Positions 1 through 8,567 of a stretch of DNA of 46,538 bases are shown here, one piece after another. The notes beneath the pieces are model-generated. The model saw only the letters and a list, made by a program, of their open reading frames with translations, had not been told where the DNA came from and made no database searches. A program made the position numbers and the translations under genes. This stretch comes from Actinomycetota bacterium (GTDB lineage: Bacteria > Actinomycetota > Actinomycetes > Acidothermales > Acidothermaceae), in contig PLCK01000111.1 in NCBI GenBank assembly GCA_003134755.1, forward strand, positions 680 through 47,217, in the 5' to 3' direction. The stretch's first letter is position 1, and the number at the start of each line of letters is the position of its first letter.

Positions 1-355
1 GCCGCCGGGCGGATTCGTAGATCAGGACGAACAAGGGTGACGAGCCGATGGCGACCAGCGTGGCGAGGCTGACCGACGACACCGCGATCGAGCTGAAGAA
101 CGCGGCTTGGAACACCGCGGCCAACCCGGCGACCGCACCAACCCGCCGCCAGGCAGGTCCGCGGGGTGGAGCTTGGCCGGTCATCAGCAACCAGACGACG
201 AGCAACAGGCCGCCGAGACCAAGGCGGTAGGCGGCGATGGAGAGGCCGGGCAGATGGCCTGAGTGCCCGAACGTGCGGCCGGTGATCCCACCGGTACCCC
301 ACAGCACTCCGGCTGCGATCAGAGACGCGACGCCTGACGAAAGACGGACCGACAC
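1..355 (-). CDS. DMT/EamA-family transporter, 3' part cut by window edge (N-terminal ~118 aa present)
   Basis: Own minus-strand translation from GTG at 355, with GGAG a few nt upstream: VSVRLSSGVASLIAAGVLWGTGGITGR..GLLLVVWLLMTG..SLATLVAIGSSPLFVLIYE. Consecutive hydrophobic helices and an EamA-like N-terminus. Absent from the ORF track because it is open at the edge. Confidence 0.6.
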   Translation of the reverse strand, partial: MSVRLSSGVASLIAAGVLWGTGGITGRTFGHSGHLPGLSIAAYRLGLGGLLLVVWLLMTGQAPPRGPAWRRVGAVAGLAAVFQAAFFSSIAVSSVSLATLVAIGSSPLFVLIYESARR

Positions 356-520
356 GGGAAGCTCCTGCGACGAGTTGGGAGGTGGTCGCGAGAGCAGGGT
401 TCTCGAACCCTGCTAGGAGCGGGGCGGCGGTGTGATGATCACGCGGCGATGCACGGCTCGAACGCTACAGGGCCGCCCGGCCGTCCGGCAGCCGATATCT
501 GCCGGCTGCGATCATGAGGC

Positions 521-940
521 ATGAGCCGCGCGGTCGAGGACTCCAACCGTCGCCTCCTGCGGGCGCGCGACGCCATGGACCGCGCGTATGCCCAGCCCCT
601 CGACGTCCCGGCGCTTGCTCGTCTTGCGTTCATCTCCGAGGCACATTTCATCCGGATGTTCCGCGCGACATTCGGCGAGACGCCGCACCGGTATCTCCAG
701 CGTCGGAGGGTCGAGCGGGCCATGTACCTGTTGCGCGAGTCCGACCGCAGCGTGACCGATATCTGCATGGAAACCGGATTCGCCAGCCTCGGCACGTTCA
801 GCCGCACGTTCAAGGAGATCGTCGGGACGTCGCCGAGCGAGTACCGCGCAAACGGGCGCACCAGCACACGCGTGCCCAACTGCTTCGCGATGGCGTGGAC
901 CCGACCGAGCACGAACTGGCGGCCGAGCACTTTCGGATAA
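521..940 (+). CDS. AraC-family transcriptional regulator, HTH-only (139 aa)
   Basis: ORF-track protein contains the typical AraC HTH_18 region: ISEAHFIRMFRATFGETPHRYLQRRRVERAMYLLRESDRSVTDICMETGFASLGTFSRTFKEIVGTSPSEYR. Confidence 0.85.
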   Translation: MSRAVEDSNRRLLRARDAMDRAYAQPLDVPALARLAFISEAHFIRMFRATFGETPHRYLQRRRVERAMYLLRESDRSVTDICMETGFASLGTFSRTFKEIVGTSPSEYRANGRTSTRVPNCFAMAWTRPSTNWRPSTFG

Positions 941-1008
941 GCAGACGCCATTGGTTCGGGCTACGGTCGTGCCAGCCTTTTCCCCTTGAACCAAGGACGG
1001 TCAGTCAC

Positions 1009-1431
1009 ATGAGCATGTTCAACGCCATCACACTTTCCGGTGTCTTCGTTCTCGACCAGGACGAGGCGCTCGAGTTCTACGTCGGCAAGCTCGGCATGGT
1101 CGTCAAGGACGACGTCGATCTGGGCTTCATGCGCTGGCTTACCGTCCAGGTACCGGGCGACGACGATCGGGCGATCCTCCTCGAGAGGCCAGGACCGCCG
1201 ACGATGGACGACGCTAGCGCAGAGAAAGTCAGGGAGCTCGTCACCAAAGGTGCGACGGGCCTCGCGCTCGGGCTCACCACCAGCGACTGCCGCAAGACCT
1301 ACGAGACGTTGAAGGCCCGCGGCGTCGAGTTCAGTCAGGAGCCGACCGAGAACTCCTACGGCATCGACTGCGGTGCCCGCGACCCGTTCGGTAACCACAT
1401 CAGGATCGTGCAGCTCCCGACATCCGGCTGA
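1009..1431 (+). CDS. VOC (glyoxalase/bleomycin-resistance/dioxygenase) family protein
   Basis: ATG at 1009 lies inside the 514..1431 ORF. MSMFNAITLSGVFVLDQDEALEFYVGKLGM..DPFGNHIRIVQ is a typical VOC fold signature. The upstream part of that ORF is arginine-rich nonsense. Confidence 0.8.
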   Translation: MSMFNAITLSGVFVLDQDEALEFYVGKLGMVVKDDVDLGFMRWLTVQVPGDDDRAILLERPGPPTMDDASAEKVRELVTKGATGLALGLTTSDCRKTYETLKARGVEFSQEPTENSYGIDCGARDPFGNHIRIVQLPTSG

Positions 1432-1751
1432 GGCTCGTTAGGTCGATTGGCCCAACTTCGGTACTGCACGTGGCCGCACGCTCAAGCGGGGAACCGCCGA
1501 CATTCAAGGCATGCGCAGCGATCGCCGACGTCGCCGACCGGCGCCCAGGCTTTTCACGGTCTACGCGGTGGCATCTCATTGCGCGACCGATGCCCGCCGG
1601 CGACGTGGTGTCGTGGCTCGCCGATCACGAGCCGCGCTACGAGATGCTCCGCGTCGTTCGGTGACCATAGGCGTGCCGTCGCCTGCCGGCACCGGGTTTG
1701 CTGTCAGGTTTGGTCGCCGTCCGGCCGATACGACCTAAGCGGTCGGTGTCG

Positions 1752-2660
1752 ATGCGAGAAGGGCGGCCGATGAGCGACGCGAACGAACTCGACAGTTACT
1801 TTGCTGTCCAGGTCGCCCCTGCGCCGTTGTCGACGGACTTTCTCATTCCCACCAGGACGCCGCGACGCTGGGGCCGCGTCGTCGTCGTCGCCGTCTTGCT
1901 GGCCGCGATGACGACCGTGGCTGCGGTGCAGCTACATCCGCCCGCCGGTGCGGCAGCCGCTACCCCCGATGGCGGCATCAGCTTCGCGAAGGCCCGCCCG
2001 CCCGTCCAGAACTTCTCAAACCCCGCTCGGCTGCTGCCCGCGCCGGTCGCACCGCCCGGCGTCGGCGGTTGGACCCCACTGCTCACCCGAAACAGCGCGC
2101 CAGTCACGTGGGACCCATGTCAGCCGATCCATTTCGTGGTGCGGCCGGACGGGCAGATTCCGAGCGGCAGAGCAATGCTCGACCAGGTCATGGGCGAGCT
2201 CAGCCAGGCGACCGGCCTGCTGTTCATCGACGACGGCGCGACGACCGAGGCGCCCAGCCGCGGCCACAACCCGTACCAGCCGGCTCGGTACGGAAAGAAG
2301 TGGGCGCCCGTGCTTATCGCGTGGACGACGCCGGCTGAAGACCCTGTCCTGGCGGGCGATGTCGTGGGCAGCGCAGGGCCCGAGGCGACGACCATCGCGG
2401 GTCAGGGCGAGCGCATCGTCAGCGGCAGCGTCGCCTTCGATGCGCCCGATCTCGAGGCTCAATTGGCCCAGCCGGGCGGCGGCGTGCTCGTCGAGCAGGT
2501 GATGCGCCACGAGCTCGGCCACATCGTCGGCCTTGGGCACGTCGACGACCCGAGTCAGGTCATGAACCCGAGCGAGGTCGTGGGTGTGAACGACTATGGC
2601 CTGGGCGATCGTCGTGGCCTCGCCGCGATGGGTTCAGGCCGCTGCTTTACGAAGGGTTAG
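1752..2660 (+). CDS. membrane-anchored matrixin-like (M10) zinc metalloprotease
   Basis: HELGHIVGLGHVDDPSQVMNP is an HExxHxxGxxH zinc motif followed by a Met-turn-like M. There is an N-terminal TM segment, VVVVAVLLAAMTTVAAV. Start is uncertain: 1752 or 1770. Confidence 0.75.
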   Translation: MREGRPMSDANELDSYFAVQVAPAPLSTDFLIPTRTPRRWGRVVVVAVLLAAMTTVAAVQLHPPAGAAAATPDGGISFAKARPPVQNFSNPARLLPAPVAPPGVGGWTPLLTRNSAPVTWDPCQPIHFVVRPDGQIPSGRAMLDQVMGELSQATGLLFIDDGATTEAPSRGHNPYQPARYGKKWAPVLIAWTTPAEDPVLAGDVVGSAGPEATTIAGQGERIVSGSVAFDAPDLEAQLAQPGGGVLVEQVMRHELGHIVGLGHVDDPSQVMNPSEVVGVNDYGLGDRRGLAAMGSGRCFTKG

Positions 2661-3479
2661 GACACGGAGTCGTGCCGACCCGATCATGACGAGCCCGACC
2701 AACAACGCGGCGGCGGCGCCGTCCAGCCAGAAGTGGTTCGCGGTGGCAACCACGGCGTAGGCCGTCAGGACCGGGTGCGCGATCACGAGCCACCGCCAGC
2801 GATTCGTGCTCACCGAGATGACGGCGACGGCGATGGCGATCGCCCAGCCGACGTGAATCGACGGCATCGACGATAACTGGTCGACCATGCCAGGGCCGAG
2901 ATGGCTGTACGCGGACTGGTGATAAAGCGCTGCAGTGTCGACAAACCCGAACTGTGGCAGCAACCGCGGCGGGGCCACCGAGACGAGCTGGATCAGCAGG
3001 GACACCCCGGTGAAGACCGCGATGATGTTGCGCCACTGCCGGTACTGCGCGCGATGACGAAGGAACAGCCACGGCAGGAAGATGACGATGCTGCCGATAT
3101 GGGCGGCGAGGTAGAAGACGTTCAAGACTTGGACGACGCTAGGGTGCCCGAGAACTGCCCCCTGCACGCCAAGCTCGCTCGGAAGCCGCAGGGTCCGCTC
3201 GAGGTTCCAGACCCATCGGCCGCGGGCGAACGCCCCGGCGGCATCCGTGACCGAGACAGCACTGGCCACTTTCCAGAGTACGAAGAGGCCGACGATCACC
3301 CCGACCTCGCGCACCCCGGTGGCGATGCCTTGAGTGCGTTGCCGCCTCAGGGTCGGCGCGCCCGGTTCACGCAGCAGCGACGCGAAGGAGGCACCGCACC
3401 CGTCGCATCCGTCGGCGTCCATCGGGTTGCCATGACGGCAGGCCGGACACACCCACTGCTCGGCGGTGACGGCCGACAT
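2634..3479 (-). CDS. PAP2_3-type (IPC-synthase-like) membrane phosphatase/transferase with N-terminal zinc-ribbon
   Basis: ATG at 3479 preceded by GGAGG. N-terminus is WVCPACRHGNPMDADGCDGCG (CxxC..CxxC). The C-terminal part has PAP2 motifs SMPSIHVGWA and ANHFWLD plus multiple TM helices. The 3' end overlaps the convergent protease gene by 27 nt. Confidence 0.75.
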   Translation of the reverse strand: MSAVTAEQWVCPACRHGNPMDADGCDGCGASFASLLREPGAPTLRRQRTQGIATGVREVGVIVGLFVLWKVASAVSVTDAAGAFARGRWVWNLERTLRLPSELGVQGAVLGHPSVVQVLNVFYLAAHIGSIVIFLPWLFLRHRAQYRQWRNIIAVFTGVSLLIQLVSVAPPRLLPQFGFVDTAALYHQSAYSHLGPGMVDQLSSMPSIHVGWAIAIAVAVISVSTNRWRWLVIAHPVLTAYAVVATANHFWLDGAAAALLVGLVMIGSARLRVLTLRKAAA

Positions 3480-3592
3480 GACTGAATCCTCCGATGTGAG
3501 CGTCGGCGGGCCCCGCCGCCCGCCGCTCGTATTGAGCATCGAACGCCGATGCCGACGACTGAAGCGGCGCTGCGCGCGCATAGGGTCGGTTC

Positions 3593-4786
3593 ATGACCGT
3601 GTGGCGCATGGTGAACCCGGTCATGGCCTATGCCTGGGGTTCGCGCGACGGGATCGCGACGATTCAGGGCCGCCCGACCAGCGATAAGCCCGAAGCCGAA
3701 CTGTGGATGGGTGCGCATCCGCAGGCGCCGTCGCGGCTCGAATCCGCCGCCGGCGCCAGCCCGTCCGACCTCGACGAACTCATCACGGCCGATCCCGTCG
3801 GCGTCCTCGGCGAACGTTGCATCGAGCGTTTCGGCCCCCGGTTGCCGTTTCTGCTGAAGTTGCTCTCCGCCGACCAACCACTGTCGTTGCAGGTGCATCC
3901 CGATGACGAGCAGGCCCGCCGCGGATTCGCAGCGGAGAACGCCGCTGGCGTGGGGCTTGACGCTGCTCACCGCGTCTACCGTGACCCGTTCGCGAAACCG
4001 GAGATGCTGGTTGCGGTTACCGATTTCCAGGTATTGGTCGGTTTTCGGGCCGCGCCGGAGGCCGCAGCAGCCCTCGAAGCCTTAGGCATCGAACGCCTCG
4101 GCCCACTCGTCGAAGACCTTCTGGCCGGGACGCCGACAGGTGAGGTGTTCCTCCGGCTGCTCGACTGGACGGTCGACGACCGCACCGCATTGGTCGACGA
4201 GGTTCGGGTCGCCGGTAGCCACCGAACGTGGGAGCCCATCACACCCTGGATCGAGTCGCTCTCCCACCAGTATCCGGCCGACCCCGGCGTGGTCGGCGTC
4301 CTGCTCTTGAATTACCTGACCCTGCATCCTTCGCAGGGGCTGTTCGTGCGGCCCGGTCAGATTCACGCGTACCTGAGCGGCACCGGAGTCGAGATTCTCG
4401 GTAGCTCAGACAATGTGGTGCGAGGTGGCCTCACTCCCAAGCACGTGTCGACGGCCGACGTGCGTGCCGTGCTCGCGGTCGACGCTGCCACGCCCTGGCT
4501 TGTCGAGCCGATCGAGGTTGTCGAGGCGGCCGGGGCGGCGAGCTGGGAAGCCTGGCCGGTGCCACAACCCGAGTTCCAACTGCGCCGGCTACGGGTCGAC
4601 GGTGATTGTCAGATCTCGCCTCGCGGACCGGCCGTGCTGCTGTGTCTCGAGGGCAAGGTCGAACTCGATGACACCGATCAGCGCGTGACCCTCGGGCCAG
4701 GAGAGTCGGCGTTCGTCCCTGCTTCGGCGACGGTTCTCGCCGTCGGCGGTAACGGCATGCTCATCTGCGCGAATCCGGGCAGCTGA
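3593..4786 (+). CDS. manA: mannose-6-phosphate isomerase, class I
   Basis: NPVMAYAWGS, ELWMGAHP and LPFLLKLLSADQPLSLQVHPD are signature PMI type I motifs. About 397 aa. Confidence 0.9.
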   Translation: MTVWRMVNPVMAYAWGSRDGIATIQGRPTSDKPEAELWMGAHPQAPSRLESAAGASPSDLDELITADPVGVLGERCIERFGPRLPFLLKLLSADQPLSLQVHPDDEQARRGFAAENAAGVGLDAAHRVYRDPFAKPEMLVAVTDFQVLVGFRAAPEAAAALEALGIERLGPLVEDLLAGTPTGEVFLRLLDWTVDDRTALVDEVRVAGSHRTWEPITPWIESLSHQYPADPGVVGVLLLNYLTLHPSQGLFVRPGQIHAYLSGTGVEILGSSDNVVRGGLTPKHVSTADVRAVLAVDAATPWLVEPIEVVEAAGAASWEAWPVPQPEFQLRRLRVDGDCQISPRGPAVLLCLEGKVELDDTDQRVTLGPGESAFVPASATVLAVGGNGMLICANPGS

Positions 4787-4787
4787 C

Positions 4788-5411
4788 GTGGCTGCTACCG
4801 ACAGCGTCGGGCCCAGCGCCGGTTCGCAGGCAGACGATGTGCCAGCCGAGCCCCCGCCCAAGCGAGCGGGTTGGGGTCGTGAATGGCTGATCCTCATCGT
4901 GCTCACGGTGATTGGAACGCTGGTTATCAGGACGTTCGTCGTGCAGTCGTACCGTATCCCGTCGGAGTCGATGGAGAAGACGCTGCACGGCTGCTCGCCG
5001 CACTGCAACAACGACCGCATCCTGGTCAACAAGCTCTCGTACAAGCTGCACGGCGTTCATCGCCACGACGTCGTCGTCTTCAAGGCGACCGGCAAGTGGG
5101 TAGAGGTGGTCGGCGGTCCCGACGATGTGGTGAAGCGGGTCATCGGCCTGCCCGGTGACACCGTGCAGTGTTGCGACCCGCAGGGCCGCGTCGTCGTCGA
5201 TGGCGTCGCGCAGACCGAGCCCTATGTCTTTGAGGACAACCACGACCCGTTCGGTCCGGTCGTGGTGCCGAAGGGCCAGCTCTTCGTGATGGGCGACCAC
5301 CGCTCCGCGTCGTCCGATTCCCGGTACAACGGCACGATCCCGGAGAGCAGCGTCATCGGCCATGCGTTTGTCAGGATCTGGCCGCTCTCCCATCTCGGAA
5401 CGCTGCACTGA
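4788..5411 (+). CDS. lepB: signal peptidase I (S26)
   Basis: TM segment followed by IPSESMEKTL (catalytic Ser box), VVVFKA, KRVIGLPGDTV (Lys box) and GDHRSASSDSRYNG. GTG start 2 nt after the manA stop. Confidence 0.9.
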   Translation: MAATDSVGPSAGSQADDVPAEPPPKRAGWGREWLILIVLTVIGTLVIRTFVVQSYRIPSESMEKTLHGCSPHCNNDRILVNKLSYKLHGVHRHDVVVFKATGKWVEVVGGPDDVVKRVIGLPGDTVQCCDPQGRVVVDGVAQTEPYVFEDNHDPFGPVVVPKGQLFVMGDHRSASSDSRYNGTIPESSVIGHAFVRIWPLSHLGTLH

Positions 5412-5447
5412 CTGACCTGCCGTATCGAGCCCGCTGATCGACCATGC

Positions 5448-6815
5448 TCACGCCGGACGGCGGAGATCCTGCAGCGCGGCGAGGATGCCGCGGTGGAACG
5501 TCGGGTAGCCGTAGATCATCGACAGCAGCGAGTCGACAGGCACCCGTGCATGTACCGCAACGGTGAGGGCGGACAGCACCTCTCCACCCGTCGGCCCGAT
5601 GACCGTCGCGCCGAGCACGATGCGCTGATTGGCGTCGGCGACCAGCTTGATGAAGCCGTCATTGCCAGGTCCGTGGATCCAGCCGCGGGCCGTTGACGCC
5701 ATGTCGGTGCGACCGACGAGGACGTCGATGCCGGCCTGTGCCGCCTGCGCCTGGGTCATGCCGACCGACGCGATCTCGGGGTCGGTGAACGTGACCCGGG
5801 GGACCGCCCGGTAGTCCGCCTCGGCAACCCCGCCGACCCCGAGGATGTCGGCGAGTGCAATCTCGGCCTGGTACATCGAGACGTGGGTGAATGCGCCCTT
5901 GCCTGTCATGTCGCCGATCGCCCACACACCTGGCGCGACCCGCATTCGGGCGTCGACAGCTACCGCGGGCGTACTCACATCGACGCCGATCGCGCCGAGT
6001 CCGGCGGCCGCGAGGTCGACGCGACGTCCGGTCGCCACGAGCAGCTGCTGCCCGCTGACGGTGTTGCCACCCTCGAGTTCGACGGTGAATCCGGTGCCGT
6101 CGTGCCTCACGCCGACCGCTTTCGCGTTCGGCCGGACGCTGACGCCTTCGCGCGCGAGGACACTTGCGAGGAGGGCACCGGCGTCGGGATCCTCGCTCGG
6201 CAGCAGGTGGGCGGCCGCTTCGACGACGGTCACCGACGCACCGAAGCGCGCGAACACCTGTGCCAACTCGACACCGATCGCGCCACCGCCGAGCACCAGC
6301 AGGGACGCCGGCACCGCCGTCGCCTCGATCGCGTCGCGATTCGTCCAGAGCGGTGTTCCGGCGAGGCCCGGAATTGGCGGGATGGCTGGTTGCGTACCGG
6401 TGTTGAGGACGATCGCTCGGCGGGCCTGGAACTCCCGATCGCCGACCGCGACAGTGTCAGGACCCGTCACCCGGCCGTGGCCGCGGACGAACCGGCCGCC
6501 CTTTCCTTCGAACCGCTCGACGGCGGCGGCATCGTTCCAGTTGTCGGTCGCTTCGTTCCTGATGCGTGCGGCGACGGGTGCCCAGTCGGGCGATACCCGC
6601 GAGTCGCCGGCCAGGGCCGGAATCCGGCGCCCCTCGGCGAGCAGATTCGCCGCGCGGATCATCATCTTGCTCGGCACGCATCCCCAATACGGACACTCGC
6701 CGCCGACCAGGCGCTCGTCAATGCCGATGACGTCGAAGTGCGCTTCGGCCAACCGGCCGGCGACGTCCTCCCCGCCGGGGCCCATCCCGATGACAACAGC
6801 GTCGACCTGCTCCAC
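5448..6815 (-). CDS. FAD/NAD(P)-dependent pyridine nucleotide-disulfide oxidoreductase (dihydrolipoyl dehydrogenase family)
   Basis: VVIGMGPGGEDVA is a dinucleotide fold, GGECPYWGCVPSK is the redox-active CxxxxC, and the C-terminus is a dimerisation-domain-like TFHR. Substrate cannot be assigned. Confidence 0.85.
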   Translation of the reverse strand: MEQVDAVVIGMGPGGEDVAGRLAEAHFDVIGIDERLVGGECPYWGCVPSKMMIRAANLLAEGRRIPALAGDSRVSPDWAPVAARIRNEATDNWNDAAAVERFEGKGGRFVRGHGRVTGPDTVAVGDREFQARRAIVLNTGTQPAIPPIPGLAGTPLWTNRDAIEATAVPASLLVLGGGAIGVELAQVFARFGASVTVVEAAAHLLPSEDPDAGALLASVLAREGVSVRPNAKAVGVRHDGTGFTVELEGGNTVSGQQLLVATGRRVDLAAAGLGAIGVDVSTPAVAVDARMRVAPGVWAIGDMTGKGAFTHVSMYQAEIALADILGVGGVAEADYRAVPRVTFTDPEIASVGMTQAQAAQAGIDVLVGRTDMASTARGWIHGPGNDGFIKLVADANQRIVLGATVIGPTGGEVLSALTVAVHARVPVDSLLSMIYGYPTFHRGILAALQDLRRPA

Positions 6816-6880
6816 AAGGACCTCCCGCGAGCGCCGCCATGGGACCCCTGATTGTTACCCGTCGGCAGAATCGCCACCAG

Positions 6881-6918
6881 CGCGGGACGATCGCGGGACG
6901 ATCACGTAAACGTGATCG
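6881..6918. promoter_or_regulatory. tandem 11-mer (CGCGGGACGAT x2) overlapping an 8-bp-arm palindrome CGATCACG-TAAA-CGTGATCG; candidate operator
   Basis: Read directly from the sequence. Lies 66-103 nt upstream of the minus-strand oxidoreductase start (6815), in a divergent intergenic region. Function is inferred only. Confidence 0.3.
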
Positions 6919-7237
6919 CACCCCCCGAAGAGGGGCGTGCTGGCCTGTCCTCGGGGGGGTCCGCCTATCCTCGGCCCCGCCGAGAGGCTGGTTGTCTGGT
7001 GGCAAAGGCTGCCCCGGCTAGGCCCTGCACCGGACCTTGAGGGGTAGAACGGCTCTCTTTCGTAGTGCGGTCCGCGACTCTGCGTGACCGGGCTGGGTGG
7101 CTGCGGGCTAGTCCTTCCGGGCGGTTAATTGCCGTGGGCTCGCGCGGATGCGCTCAGGTGGCCGGGATCGGCTTGTGGCCCCGCCGACGCCCCGTTATGG
7201 TTCGACCGGCAGGTTTCATAACGAACCGTTACCGAAC

Positions 7238-7368
7238 CTGCCAACCGCCGAACCTGCGCAAGCAGGACCGGGGACCCACAGGTAAGCGATCCGTGGGGTG
7301 AATCGGCCTTCCGGCCGTAGGGCGCACTTCCCGCCCGAACCCGTCAGCTAACCCGGTAGGCGGTCGAG
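7238..7368 (+). promoter_or_regulatory. ydaO/yuaA-type c-di-AMP riboswitch
   Basis: Conserved blocks appear in the right order: CGCCGAACC, GGGGACCCA, GGGGUGAAUC, GUAGGG, CCGAACCCGUCAGCUAACCCGGUAGGCGG. Small hairpins lie between them, and the P1 strand CCGCC pairs with GGCGG. It ends just before the GGGAGAAGGG RBS of an NlpC/P60 gene, which is the classical actinobacterial context. Exact ends are approximate. Confidence 0.85.
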
Positions 7369-7385
7369 GGAGAAGGGTTTTGCGC

Positions 7386-8507
7386 GTGCCGTTTGCTGCC
7401 CGTGGTCGTGTTGCATCGCTCGTCGTCCTGGTCGCCACGTCGGCCCTCGGCGTCGGGCTGTTGCCAGCCACCGCCTACGCCGCCAACTCGGGCTCGACGA
7501 CCACTGCCGCTGCCGCTGCGGCGCAGCAGAAGCTCGATGCGCTGAGCATCCAAGCTGACCGCGCCGTCGAGGCTTACGACCAGGCACAGGCCGCGCTGGC
7601 GACAGTGACAGCGAGGGCGGCCGCAGCAAAGCAGTTCACGGCCAAGCAGCAGGCGCTCGTCGACGCCGCCAAACTCGGCGTCCAGTCGTTCGCGGTTGCG
7701 CGCTACGAAGGGGGCACGACGTCGCCCGCGCTGGCGGTCCTGCTTTCGCGCGATCCGAGCAAGTTCATGCAGCAGGCGCAGATGCTCGAGCAGGTCAGCC
7801 GGCACGAGTCGGCGAGCCTGACCCAGCTCGTCGATGCGGATCGCTCGCTCATGGCCTCACAGGTCGGGGCTGACCAGGCCGTCGCAGCGCAGCAACAGGC
7901 ATCGGCGCGGCTCGCGGCGAGCAAGGCCGCAGTCGAGAAGATCATCGGCAGCCAGCAGGTCCTCGTCTCGAAGCTCGAGACGCAGGCGCAGGCTGAACAG
8001 GCCGCCGCCGCTGCAGCTGCGGCGCGGGCCGCAAGCGCGCAGCAGACGGTCTCCCGGGCGCTCGTCAGGGCGCAGGTGCCAAGTGTTCGGCCGGTCGTGT
8101 TGCCGGCCAGTGCACCGGCACCTGCACCGGCACCTGTTGCAACCGTGGCTCCGCCCGCTGCATCGGGTCGCGCGTCGGCCGTTCTTGCCTATGCCTACGC
8201 GCAGCTCGGAAAGCCGTACCGCTTCGGCGGTGCCGGACCCGGTTCGTATGACTGCTCCGGCCTGACAATGCGCGCCTATGGCGCTGCCGGACTTTCGCTC
8301 GCACATTCGGCGGCCGCCCAGCAACACGAGGGCGCCCGCGTCCCGATGTCACAGTTGCAGCCCGGCGACCTCATCTTCTGGGGCAACCCGGCCTACCACG
8401 TCGCCATCTACGTCGGTGGCGGCGGCATCCTCGACGCAGCACACACCGGCACCCTCATCAGCGTCCACGGACTCTGGGGATCGCCCAGCGGGGCTGTCCG
8501 CCCATAG
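7386..8507 (+). CDS. RipA-like secreted NlpC/P60 (C40) peptidoglycan endopeptidase with N-terminal coiled-coil
   Basis: Signal peptide ..ATAYA. A long Ala/Gln-rich coiled-coil region, then a PAPAPAPAP linker. C-terminal YRFGGAGPGSYDCSGLTMRAY..GDLIFWG..HVAIYVGGG is an NlpC/P60 catalytic Cys/His arrangement. Start is GTG 7386 or TTG 7380. Confidence 0.9.
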   Translation: MPFAARGRVASLVVLVATSALGVGLLPATAYAANSGSTTTAAAAAAQQKLDALSIQADRAVEAYDQAQAALATVTARAAAAKQFTAKQQALVDAAKLGVQSFAVARYEGGTTSPALAVLLSRDPSKFMQQAQMLEQVSRHESASLTQLVDADRSLMASQVGADQAVAAQQQASARLAASKAAVEKIIGSQQVLVSKLETQAQAEQAAAAAAAARAASAQQTVSRALVRAQVPSVRPVVLPASAPAPAPAPVATVAPPAASGRASAVLAYAYAQLGKPYRFGGAGPGSYDCSGLTMRAYGAAGLSLAHSAAAQQHEGARVPMSQLQPGDLIFWGNPAYHVAIYVGGGGILDAAHTGTLISVHGLWGSPSGAVRP

Positions 8508-8567
8508 CCGCGGCGTCCCTCGCGGCTCGGCTTGACGCGTCGTCAGCGCCGGTGTGAGGCTCCGCTC

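Noticed and set aside
6920-7237. Fragments reminiscent of tmRNA or RNase P RNA (GCGUGACCGGG, GGCUAGUC, GGUUCGA).
   Set aside because: There is no tRNA-like acceptor/T-arm with a CCA-proximal end and no tag reading frame. The universally conserved RNase P GAGGAAAGUCCGGGC block is also absent. The resemblance is limited to short GC-rich strings.
7065-7301. A 78-aa plus-strand ORF in the long intergenic region.
   Set aside because: GC3 is only about 70%, the ORF overlaps the riboswitch core, and it has no RBS or protein-like sequence.
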